From positions 742-24,741 of the forward strand of contig JACRID010000060.1 in assembly GCA_016220145.1 (NCBI GenBank): a stretch of 24,000 nt of DNA, written 5' to 3'. The translations under genes were made by a program, and so were the position numbers. Each line of letters begins with the position of its first letter. The first letter of the stretch is position 1. Shown here one piece after another: positions 1-7,970 of the stretch. The notes beneath the pieces are model-generated. The model had not been told where the DNA came from and ran no database searches. It was given only the letters and a program-made list of their open reading frames with translations. The DNA comes from Candidatus Peregrinibacteria bacterium (lineage in GTDB: Bacteria; Patescibacteriota; Gracilibacteria; UBA1369; UM-FILTER-53-11).

Positions 1-63
1 ACCGGCGATATCAGCGAAACGGAAGGGATCGAATACGCGCTGGTTCTTGAAGAGGTTCGTGAA

Positions 64-1314
64 TTGTTCATAAAATTGCGCGATTTAACGGCCGTCATGG
101 CGGCCGCCGTTAAGCCAAAACTGATGCATTATATGGGAGATCTTGTGAAAATCCGCCGCAATGGTGAAATTAAGATCAACACCAATGGTTTGCATAAATT
201 CTTGAACGGGACATCCAGTTTCTCAATCGCCATTGACAATAGCCGCTCTCAACGAGTCGTAATTTTTGACGTTGGCTATGCATATTTTTTAATCGAACTT
301 GAACGCGCCCTTTGTCGTGAGACCTACGATGTGCTTTTGGAGAAATATCCCGACCCCATCGTGAGAGAAGCCATTGTCTGTCGGTTGTTCGCGGAGCAAG
401 CACCTGACCCCATTTTGGAAAGCGGCCAGTCCAGTTACGCCGTGTACCTTCTTGCCTTGCATCGCTACCGCACTTCTTTTAAAGATCATGCCTGCCATTT
501 TGCGCAACTTTTTACGTTGCCGCCCCAACAGCCCGGTGAGACCGGTGACGCCGATATTCTGCGTGAAATTCGAGAATTATCCATGTTTCGCACGATAGAT
601 TTTTCCGCTCACGTCGATGGGTGCACCATAAAATTTGCACCGATGGTTAAATATGATGAGGAGGATTCTCATTTTCAACGCCCATTTTCAATATGCATTG
701 CGATGATCGAGGCCGATTCGGCGGAAAAAGATAAACCCGGAGCCCGTTTGGCCGGCATGATAAATCGGCTTACCGGAGACTTTGACATTGGAAGCGGCGA
801 AGATTTGGCCAATCTTACCAATAAAGACACAGCCCTTCACGTCAAGAGGGTGCTTTACCGGCTTATTTTGGACCACCTAAGAAATATGCCTGAAGACATT
901 GCTCGCTCGGCACCCACGCTTAAGCCGCAAAAAATTGCGGAGGAGACGCGTGATGCCGCCGAACAGGTTGTGGCTGATGATACGGAGATAGCGGCGGAAA
1001 CGGAAACTGAGACGGTGATCGTGGCGGAAGAAGTGGAGATACCGACTCCGGAAAGCCCACGGTGCGCGGTTGCAAAGCCGACCGCAACAATCGCCAATCT
1101 TCGCGGAGTACCCGGCAGCCGCATCAAAGGCGCTCTCGACATTTTACTTGGTCCGCCCCTTCGCGTCAGCGGCAGCCATCACGTATACAGAACGCGCCAA
1201 GGTGGAACGTACCCGATCCCCCTCCATGGAACTGACGAGGTTGGCACCGGCATACTCAATAAATGTCTGCGTGAATTCGGAATAACTCCCGCGGAATTGC
1301 GCGGGTGTCTTTAA
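64..1314 (+). CDS. Hypothetical protein with C-terminal HicA-like (YcfA family) domain; N-terminal region of unknown function
   Basis: Long frame-1 ORF. Possible starts are TTG at 64 (AGAGG 8 nt upstream) or ATG at 97. The frame stays open back to nt 1, so the true start may lie outside the window. The last ~65 aa (nt ~1105-1311: RVSGSHHVYRTRQGGTYPIPLHGTDEVGTGILNKCLREFGITPAEL) fit the HicA pattern GSHH...P-x-H-G...G-T-x-x-x-x-L-x-x-x-G-I. An acidic E/T/A-rich linker spans nt ~940-1060. I recognise no motif in the first ~280 aa. Confidence 0.6.
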   Translation: MFIKLRDLTAVMAAAVKPKLMHYMGDLVKIRRNGEIKINTNGLHKFLNGTSSFSIAIDNSRSQRVVIFDVGYAYFLIELERALCRETYDVLLEKYPDPIVREAIVCRLFAEQAPDPILESGQSSYAVYLLALHRYRTSFKDHACHFAQLFTLPPQQPGETGDADILREIRELSMFRTIDFSAHVDGCTIKFAPMVKYDEEDSHFQRPFSICIAMIEADSAEKDKPGARLAGMINRLTGDFDIGSGEDLANLTNKDTALHVKRVLYRLILDHLRNMPEDIARSAPTLKPQKIAEETRDAAEQVVADDTEIAAETETETVIVAEEVEIPTPESPRCAVAKPTATIANLRGVPGSRIKGALDILLGPPLRVSGSHHVYRTRQGGTYPIPLHGTDEVGTGILNKCLREFGITPAELRGCL

Positions 1315-1369
1315 AAATTCTCGATAGCGACAATGTCACCATGCACTCCATTTTTGTTCGATTTAGATT

Positions 1370-2425
1370 ATGAGAAGCGGTTCAGATACAAAACGTGAAC
1401 TTGGAGAATCTTTTAAAAAGATTCTTGATTCCGCCTCTGCGAAAGGGGCTATTCGTCCAATCAAGAAGGTCCATAAACTGCTTTATGATGCCGCGGGCGG
1501 CAGAACGCCATATTCCGACAAGGATTCAACTCAACTGAAGAGCGGACTGGCCGTATCCCCGAGCGGCGCGGCGGCTTGCCTGCTTGATTACGAACGAACA
1601 CGGCAATTTGTGCGCGGTTTAAATATGGCCATCACCGAAGCGCGCAAACACTTTCATGATGAGGTTATTCAGGTTTTATATGCGGGCTGCGGTCCGTTTG
1701 CTCCCCTGGCGATTGCGCAATGTTGGACTTTTTCCCCTGACAAAGTTCAGTTTACGTTGCTGGATATTCATGAAACATCGGTGGATATTGCGCGAGCAAT
1801 TGTCCAATCTTTTGACCTGAAAAGGCACTGCCCGAGAATAATAAAGGCCGACGCCACTAAATATAAATGCCAAGGCGCAAGGCCACACATCGTCGTCACG
1901 GAGACCATGATGTCGACATTGATGTATGAACCGCAAGCGGCAATAACGGCAAATTTGGCTCCCGAAATGCGTCACGGCGGGATTTTTGTGCCGGAAGAAG
2001 TGGCCCTGGACGCTTACATTGAGGAACCTCCCGAGTCGGGCCATCTTGATGGACCAAAACGGCCCTTGGGTCTGGTTTTTCGCCTGACAAAAGATACCCG
2101 TCCGAATGCAAAAATTAAGTCTGAATTTGCTCTTCCTGCAGTAAAATCCAAAAAAGGATTTGAGAACCTGCTGATCTCGACGCGCGTGCGCGTGTTCGGG
2201 AACATCGCCATTGAACCCGATACTGCGGAAATAACAAAATCTCTTTTTGTCACATCATTTGACAGGGAAGACGAAGGTTCGCTTGTTGCCATGGAATATG
2301 TTCCGGGGGATACTTTTTTGAAATATGTGATGCAAGGCGACGGACCATTTAAGGAGACCCGCCTCGCATTCCCCGCCGTCAGGTCGGAATTCACGGAAGG
2401 CCAGCTGTCCTTTCGACCAAAATAA
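1370..2425 (+). CDS. Putative class I SAM-dependent methyltransferase with PRMT-like double-E loop
   Basis: 351-aa ORF with ATG start, 55 nt after the previous stop. Glycine-rich motif-I-like VLYAGCGPFAPLA (nt ~1673-1711) is followed by an acidic post-I residue (FTLLDIHE). TETMMSTLMYE (E at 1901-1903 and 1928-1930) has the E-x8-E spacing and the M/L/Y positions of the PRMT double-E loop SEWMGYCLFYE. A ~135-aa C-terminal domain follows the Rossmann-type core, as in PRMTs. Confidence 0.6.
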   Translation: MRSGSDTKRELGESFKKILDSASAKGAIRPIKKVHKLLYDAAGGRTPYSDKDSTQLKSGLAVSPSGAAACLLDYERTRQFVRGLNMAITEARKHFHDEVIQVLYAGCGPFAPLAIAQCWTFSPDKVQFTLLDIHETSVDIARAIVQSFDLKRHCPRIIKADATKYKCQGARPHIVVTETMMSTLMYEPQAAITANLAPEMRHGGIFVPEEVALDAYIEEPPESGHLDGPKRPLGLVFRLTKDTRPNAKIKSEFALPAVKSKKGFENLLISTRVRVFGNIAIEPDTAEITKSLFVTSFDREDEGSLVAMEYVPGDTFLKYVMQGDGPFKETRLAFPAVRSEFTEGQLSFRPK

Positions 2426-2429
2426 TCTT

Positions 2430-3055
2430 ATGAACACACCTTTTCGACAAGAATTGCGGGAATCCATGCACGGCATTATGGACAGCCGCGATATCCATAG
2501 TGTCCCTTACGCAATGGCGACCCTTAAAATTTGCGGGCAAATGGCGCCGTCCAAGCCGAAACCCGAATGGATACATTCCACCGTGACGCCGGCGGGTCGT
2601 GCGATATCTCCCGCGGACGCGGCTCAGTGTTTACGAGATTGCGAGCGCACATATCATTTTGCGCACGGATTAAAAGACGCCATCAAGGAGGCGCAAAACC
2701 GTTTTCGAGGAGAAGTCATCCGTGTGTTTTATGCCGGTTGCGGGCCGTTTGCTCCGCTGGCATTAACTCAAACCGCCGTATTTTCGCCGGACGAAATCAA
2801 ATTTACGGCTCTGGATATCCATCATTATTCAGTTGAGCTTGCTCGTTCCATCGCCGAAGCACGAATGCAGTTATTGAATCCGACGCGGCATATATAACCG
2901 CGCCGCTTATGGTCACGTCGTTTATTGCGGAACATGCTGCGGGTTGCCGAATAAGGTTAATGTATAAACCCGGAGACGCCTGTTTAAAATACGCAACGAG
3001 AGGAAGCAACGGGCCTTGGGGGAAGACATGTGAGGTATGCCCTCGTGAAACCTAA
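2430..3055 (+). pseudogene. Decayed tandem paralog of the upstream methyltransferase-like gene (frameshift plus internal deletion)
   Basis: The frame-3 ORF 2430-2897 aligns to residues ~55-145 of the 1370-2425 product: AISPADAAQCLRDCERTYHFAHGLKDAIKEAQNRFRGEVIRVFYAGCGPFAPLALTQTAVFSPDEIKFTALDIHHYSVELARSIAEA versus AVSPSGAAACLLDYERTRQFVRGLNMAITEARKHFHDEVIQVLYAGCGPFAPLAIAQCWTFSPDKVQFTLLDIHETSVDIARAIVQS. Homology then continues in frame 2: NAVIESDAAYI ~ PRIIKADATKY. It jumps directly to LMVTSFIAEHAAGCRIRLMYKPGDACLKYATRGSNGPWGKT ~ LFVTSFDREDEGSLVAMEYVPGDTFLKYVMQGDGPFKET, ending at TAA 3053-3055. About 120 codons are missing, including the double-E loop. Confidence 0.75.
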
Positions 3056-3056
3056 C

Positions 3057-6000
3057 TTACTTTTGCGCTTCCAGCTTGCTTTTATCCACTTTTTCGCCGA
3101 GCAGAAGGATGCACTCGCGCAGTTCGTCAAACCAGTTCAGGCCCAAATATTCAATGGCGATTCTCATTTTGCTTCCGCTGATTTGCCAGCGCGGATTGTG
3201 CTGCAGCATGTAAACGATACTTTCCGGTTTCACCTTTTTGCCCATAAACAAAACAATATGTTTGCCGGTTTGCATGTGGATGTTTTCCGCCTTAACGACA
3301 GTTAATCCCGCCTTTTTGGCAAGAATTTTGAGCTCGATCACGCGGAATAAATTGGAAACTTCGCGCGGCAATTTTCCAAAATCTTCAACGACGTCGTCTT
3401 TAAGTTCATCCAAATATTGCGAACTGTCGGCCGCCGCCATTCTCTGATAAATATTAATTTTCTCCTTGGAATTAACAATATAGTCGTCCGGAATGTATGC
3501 CGTGAGCGGTAATTCAATTGCCACCTCCGGTTCCTCTGCGGCTTCTTCGGTAAATCTGCCTGCCTGCAAATCTTCAACCGCCTTATTCAACATGCGAATA
3601 AAATGACTTACGCCGACCACGTTGATGACCCCGTGTTGGTTGACGCCCAAAATGTCACCGGCTCCGCGAATTTCCAAATCCTTCATAGCAATTTGGAATC
3701 CGGAACCAAGCTCGGAGGCCTCCACAATCGCACGCAAACGCTTTTTGGCATCAAGGCGCAATCGCTGAGAGTGGTGCAAAAAGTATGCATACGCCTGAGT
3801 TTTTGAACGCCCAACGCGACCGCGCAATTGATAAAGCTGAGCCAGTCCGAATTTTTCCGCGTTATTCACAATCAAAGTATTTGCGTTTGCCAAGTCGATT
3901 CCATTTTCAATAATTGTCGAGCTCACCAGTACGTCGAATTTGTGATCCTTGAAGTCCAAAATGCGCTCCTCCAAATCCTTGCTGAGCAGCTTGCCGTGCG
4001 CCACGCAAAATCGCGCTTCCGGAATCAAGGCCTTTAATCTTTCCGCGATCGCATCGATCGTCTGCACGCGGTTGTGTAGAAAATAAACCTGTCCGCCGCG
4101 CCTTATCTCGCGCAAAATCGCCTCGCGAATAAGTTCGTGAGAATATTTTCTAACCTCCGTGATCACCGGCAAACGTCCCGGCGGCGGAGTTGTAATCGTG
4201 GAAATATCGCGCAATTTATTAAGGCAAATATTCAGCGTTCGCGGAATCGGCGTCGCCGTCAGCGTCAAAATATCCACCTCCGTGCGCAGCTTTTTAAACC
4301 GCTCTTTTTGCTTCACGCCAAACCTTTGCTCCTCGTCAATAACCACGAGCCCAAGGTCTTTAAACTTAATGTCTTTCTGCAAAAGCCTGTGAGTTCCGAC
4401 CACAATGTCGATTTCGCCCTTCCCAAGTTTATCCAAAATCACGCGCTGCTCGCGCTGCGAGCGGAAGCGCGACAGCATCTCCACGCGCACATTGAACGGC
4501 TCCATTCTTTTCACAAAAGAGCGATAATGCTGATCGGCCAAAATCGTGATCGGCGAAATGAGCGCGACCTGTTTTTTGCTTGCCACGGCCTTAAACGCCG
4601 CACGCATGGCGACTTCCGTTTTGCCAAAACCCACGTCGCCGCAAATCAACCTGTCCATCGGTTCCGCCTTTTCCATGTCCTGTTTCACGTCGGCAATCGC
4701 CTTTATTTGCCCCGGCGTTTCCTGATACGGGAAAGTTTTTTCAAATTTAACCTGTTCCAGGTCATCCTGATCAAAACCGAGTCCGTGCGCCTGTTTTCTC
4801 TTGGCGTATAATTCCAAGAGTTCGCGCGCGATCTGTTCCGTTTCCTTGCGGACGCGTTTCGTCATCGTGGCCCATTCCGCGGAACCGAGCCTCGTCAGCT
4901 TCGGCGCTTCTTCTTCCGCACCGACAAACTTATTCACCTTATCCGCCTGGTCGATCGGCACGAAAAGTTTGTCGTTTTCGGCATATCCCAGCTTCATGTA
5001 TTCGCGGGTAATGCCGTCCACCATGCGTTTTTCGAGCCCCTCAAACCTCGCGATTCCATGATTTATGTGCACAACCAAATCGTCCTGTTTCAATGTCGTC
5101 AAAAATTCCCAAAACACGCGTTCGGCGACTTTTTTATGTTTTTCCTCGTATAAATTCGCAATTTCCTTATCGGCGATGACCAAAATTTTCCCGTCGCTGC
5201 ACTGAAAAGAATGCGGCGCCACCTCCTCTTTTTCAAGATCAACGATGCGCACTGTGGATTTCTGAAAATCCACGCCGTCCTCAAAGATCGCATCTCCATC
5301 CCCAAAATTCATCTTTCTGTCTTTTAAAAGTTCCCGAATCGCCGGCCCGTGTTTTGTGAAATAAATCGCCCGCCAATTTTGCAGCGATTTCTCCTTCAGT
5401 TCGTTGGCCAAATCCATCAAGTCCTGATATTTCAAAACCGAAAGATAGCGCAAATTCCGGTGAAACGGCTCGTCCTCGGGAAAAGACGTAAACGTAATGA
5501 GCCGCGTTTCCTTTGAACGCTTTGCAAAAACGTCGTCCCACGCCTCGTAAAATTCGTCCGTCACATCCAGTTCGTCGTCCACAATCAAACCGCCATCCGG
5601 CATGAATTGGAAGAAATTCTGCCCTTTAAACTCCACGTTGATCGGGTATACGAAGGTGCTTTTTACGTGTTGAATCACGTCTCCGCTGTCCTGGCTGTAT
5701 TCAAAAATATCCGACACGCGGTCAAATTCAAACTCTATGCGCACCGGCGAATCGGCATTTACGGGGAACACGTTCAAAACACCTCCTTTGCCCAAATACG
5801 TGCCCCTTTCCAGGTATTCATCTTTTGAAACTTCGTATCCCGCGGCAATCAGTTTTTCAAAAATTTCCACATTGGAAATGGCTTCGTTAAGCTGAATTTT
5901 TATGGTCCTGCGTTTTAAATCTTCAACATCGGGAACTTCTTTCATCAGGGCCGAATATGGAGCCACTATAATTTGCCGATTTTCTTCCACCAAAAATTTC

Positions 6001-6350
6001 AGGCAGCGCAGCGTCTCCAGCTTTGCTCCCCTTTGGGATTCCGCCGCTTCTTCTTGCGTCGCGGTTTGGTCATCCGCTATATCAAATTTAAACACCGGAA
6101 CGGCTGGAGAAAGCCATTCTTCACACGCACGCGCAACGTTTTCTTGTTCAACCTTATCGTTAACAATCCACACCGTCGGCTTGCCGCAAACTTTCGCATC
6201 GGCCCTGAAAATATCGGCCAAAATAAAAGCTTTGGAGGAAAAATTCCCGGCACCCGATATGGTTACGGTGGGGAACTTTTGTATTGCTTGAAGTACGGAA
6301 GTATTCTGAAGCTCGGGGAAAAAATTGATGAGCTCCTTTGTTTTAGACAC
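3057..6350 (-). CDS. mfd: Transcription-repair coupling factor Mfd
   Basis: 1097 aa with GTG start. Superfamily-2 helicase motifs are GDVGFGKTEVAMRAAF (Walker A), VIDEEQRFG (DExx box), LTLTATPIPRTL and QLRGRVGR. The length and the CarD/TRCF-like middle region (DDLVVHINHGIARFEGL) are typical of Mfd. Confidence 0.95.
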   Translation of the reverse strand: MSKTKELINFFPELQNTSVLQAIQKFPTVTISGAGNFSSKAFILADIFRADAKVCGKPTVWIVNDKVEQENVARACEEWLSPAVPVFKFDIADDQTATQEEAAESQRGAKLETLRCLKFLVEENRQIIVAPYSALMKEVPDVEDLKRRTIKIQLNEAISNVEIFEKLIAAGYEVSKDEYLERGTYLGKGGVLNVFPVNADSPVRIEFEFDRVSDIFEYSQDSGDVIQHVKSTFVYPINVEFKGQNFFQFMPDGGLIVDDELDVTDEFYEAWDDVFAKRSKETRLITFTSFPEDEPFHRNLRYLSVLKYQDLMDLANELKEKSLQNWRAIYFTKHGPAIRELLKDRKMNFGDGDAIFEDGVDFQKSTVRIVDLEKEEVAPHSFQCSDGKILVIADKEIANLYEEKHKKVAERVFWEFLTTLKQDDLVVHINHGIARFEGLEKRMVDGITREYMKLGYAENDKLFVPIDQADKVNKFVGAEEEAPKLTRLGSAEWATMTKRVRKETEQIARELLELYAKRKQAHGLGFDQDDLEQVKFEKTFPYQETPGQIKAIADVKQDMEKAEPMDRLICGDVGFGKTEVAMRAAFKAVASKKQVALISPITILADQHYRSFVKRMEPFNVRVEMLSRFRSQREQRVILDKLGKGEIDIVVGTHRLLQKDIKFKDLGLVVIDEEQRFGVKQKERFKKLRTEVDILTLTATPIPRTLNICLNKLRDISTITTPPPGRLPVITEVRKYSHELIREAILREIRRGGQVYFLHNRVQTIDAIAERLKALIPEARFCVAHGKLLSKDLEERILDFKDHKFDVLVSSTIIENGIDLANANTLIVNNAEKFGLAQLYQLRGRVGRSKTQAYAYFLHHSQRLRLDAKKRLRAIVEASELGSGFQIAMKDLEIRGAGDILGVNQHGVINVVGVSHFIRMLNKAVEDLQAGRFTEEAAEEPEVAIELPLTAYIPDDYIVNSKEKINIYQRMAAADSSQYLDELKDDVVEDFGKLPREVSNLFRVIELKILAKKAGLTVVKAENIHMQTGKHIVLFMGKKVKPESIVYMLQHNPRWQISGSKMRIAIEYLGLNWFDELRECILLLGEKVDKSKLEAQK

Positions 6351-6378
6351 TGTGCCTTAAATTAAATTTTCCAAACCT

Positions 6379-7485
6379 TTAAACTTTCAGCGGCATGATT
6401 ATGTAGAGATAATCCTCTTTTTTTGCCGGCTTGATAACTACGGGGGTCAGTCTTTCATCCATCTCGATGGCCACGTTTTCTTTCATCCTGGAGAGAACGT
6501 CCAGCAAATACTGGGCGTTCAGCGCAACCTTATTGTTTTCACCGCTCATTTTAATGTCCACCTCCGCTTTTTCTTCGCCGACACTGGTTTCGTCCGTGGC
6601 TACTTGAAGTCTTCCGTCGTTGGTTGCAGTAAGCTTTATACTATTATTATTCTCTTTTGCAAACAGACTTACGCGTTTTGTCGCCATCGCCAGATGGTCC
6701 GCCCCCGTTTCGAGCTTGGTTCTGGTGGCCTTTGGAATGATTTTTTCATAGTCGGGGAACTTGCCTTCAATCAATCTGGAAATCAATTCAACCCCGTCCA
6801 GCGTAAATAAAACTTGGTTTTGCGAAACATGAATCGTCACCGGTTCTTTTTCGAATTTTGTGCCGAGAATGCGTCCCAGCTCAAGAAGAGTCCTGACCGG
6901 AACAATACATTCTATCGTCTTTTCGACCTTCTTTAGAAGTTTTGTCCTTTTTTCCGCCAGTCGAAAACTGTCCGTCGCAACCATCTTCAAAACGTCTTTA
7001 TCCGCGTGCATATAAACTCCCGCCAAAATCGGTCTTGCGGAGGTTGTTGCTGCGGAAAAAACCGTGGAATCTATGGCTGTGGCCAAATCGCTTGCCGTTA
7101 TTTCTATGGAAGATTCTTTTTCAATTTTAGGGATTATCGGAAATTCATCCGGCGAGATTCCCTTAATTTTTGTCTGTGAAGATTTTGACTTTAAGTGCAA
7201 CGCCATACCGTCCTCAACCCTCATTTCAACACTTGAGTCCTCCAACAAAGAAACGTAGCTGGATATAAGTTTTGCGGGGATTGTAATGGCCCCCTCGTTT
7301 TTAACATCGGCCGGAATTGAATAACTGATTGCAATCTCCAGGTTCGTTGCGGAAAAATAAAGCTTCTTGTTTGTTGCCTTTATTAAAATATTATTTAAGA
7401 CGGGCAGGGTTGTGGACGCGCTAACCGCACAGCCAACAATGTCGAGAGCGAAGTGCAGATCTTTTTGTGAACAAGTTAATTTCAT
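6379..7485 (-). CDS. dnaN: DNA polymerase III beta sliding clamp
   Basis: 368 aa. The N-terminus MKLTCSQKDLHFALDIVGCAVSASTTLPVLNNILIKATNKKLYFSATNLEIAI matches the canonical DnaN start. Length is consistent with a three-domain clamp, and the C-terminus reads IIMPLKV. It sits 28 nt upstream of mfd on the same strand. Confidence 0.95.
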   Translation of the reverse strand: MKLTCSQKDLHFALDIVGCAVSASTTLPVLNNILIKATNKKLYFSATNLEIAISYSIPADVKNEGAITIPAKLISSYVSLLEDSSVEMRVEDGMALHLKSKSSQTKIKGISPDEFPIIPKIEKESSIEITASDLATAIDSTVFSAATTSARPILAGVYMHADKDVLKMVATDSFRLAEKRTKLLKKVEKTIECIVPVRTLLELGRILGTKFEKEPVTIHVSQNQVLFTLDGVELISRLIEGKFPDYEKIIPKATRTKLETGADHLAMATKRVSLFAKENNNSIKLTATNDGRLQVATDETSVGEEKAEVDIKMSGENNKVALNAQYLLDVLSRMKENVAIEMDERLTPVVIKPAKKEDYLYIIMPLKV

Positions 7486-7499
7486 AAGAAATCGTGTTT

Positions 7500-7527
7500 A
7501 TTATACGCAAACCATGAGCCTTAACAA
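7500..7527 (-). promoter_or_regulatory. Candidate sigma70-type promoter for dnaN (TTGTTA-16 nt-TATAAT)
   Basis: The minus strand reads TTGTTAaggctcatggtttgcgTATAATaaacacgatttcttATG. The -35 is the complement of 7522-7527 and the -10 is the complement of 7500-7505. Only 14 nt separate the -10 from the dnaN ATG, which implies a very short leader without an SD. Confidence 0.4.
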
Positions 7528-7970
7528 TAAGAAAGAACAGTTACTTTCTTTAATTAGTAGTGATGATAGTACTTGCGACTTGAGTGACTTTGTTGTCTTT
7601 TATATATATATAAATCAATACGCCGCCAAAGCTTAATTTAAGAGCAAAACCCAATGTGGAATCCCAAATTTGTGTTCATTGAAAGCTCTATAAAAAGCCC
7701 AAAACTAATATTTACACCAGCGCGCCCGTGAGCAAGCCGCCAAAATAAAAAAAACACTACGTCAACAAGACATACGCAGTCTTTTGTAAAAACAAAAATC
7801 AATGAATAAAAAAATGGATTCCACGCAGGGGTAAATATGTTCAAAACCTGTGCAGTGGGCGTTGATAAAACCTTCAAAGCTTGGGCATGAAGGCACTCGA
7901 CAGGTTAGAAAGTCCTCCAAAAACACCGGTGTTAACGGCGAGAAGGAGGCCCCGTGTTCAAAAGTTTTAA

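Noticed and set aside
2803-3009. 68-aa minus-strand ORF between the truncated paralog and mfd
   Set aside because: The plus strand here carries clear homology to the C-terminus of the 1370-2425 product, which is the pseudogene remnant. The minus-strand ORF is its shadow.
4137-4811. 224-aa ORF antisense to mfd, together with similar long shadow ORFs at 15904-16479, 20149-20679, 23473-23985, 2014-2394 and 10708-11091
   Set aside because: Each lies entirely opposite a confidently identified conserved gene. Their sequences are low-complexity and Arg/Ser/His-rich, typical of antisense frames. I recognised no motif in any of them.
7638-7877. 79-aa hydrophobic ORF on the minus strand in the dnaN-rnj spacer
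   Set aside because: It has a TTG start with no ribosome-binding signal, sits in AT-rich DNA where hydrophobic codons arise by chance, and has no recognisable family. It remains a possibility under the spacer finding.
7908-7915. GAAAGTCC, resembling the CR-I core of RNase P RNA
   Set aside because: Only ~60 nt remain before the rnj CDS on that strand, and none of the other conserved RNase P regions are present. A chance 8-mer is the more likely explanation.
7922-7933. Palindrome AACACCGGTGTT followed by T-run on the minus strand, as a possible rnj terminator
   Set aside because: The effective stem is only ~4 bp once a loop is allowed, so it is not convincing as an intrinsic terminator.
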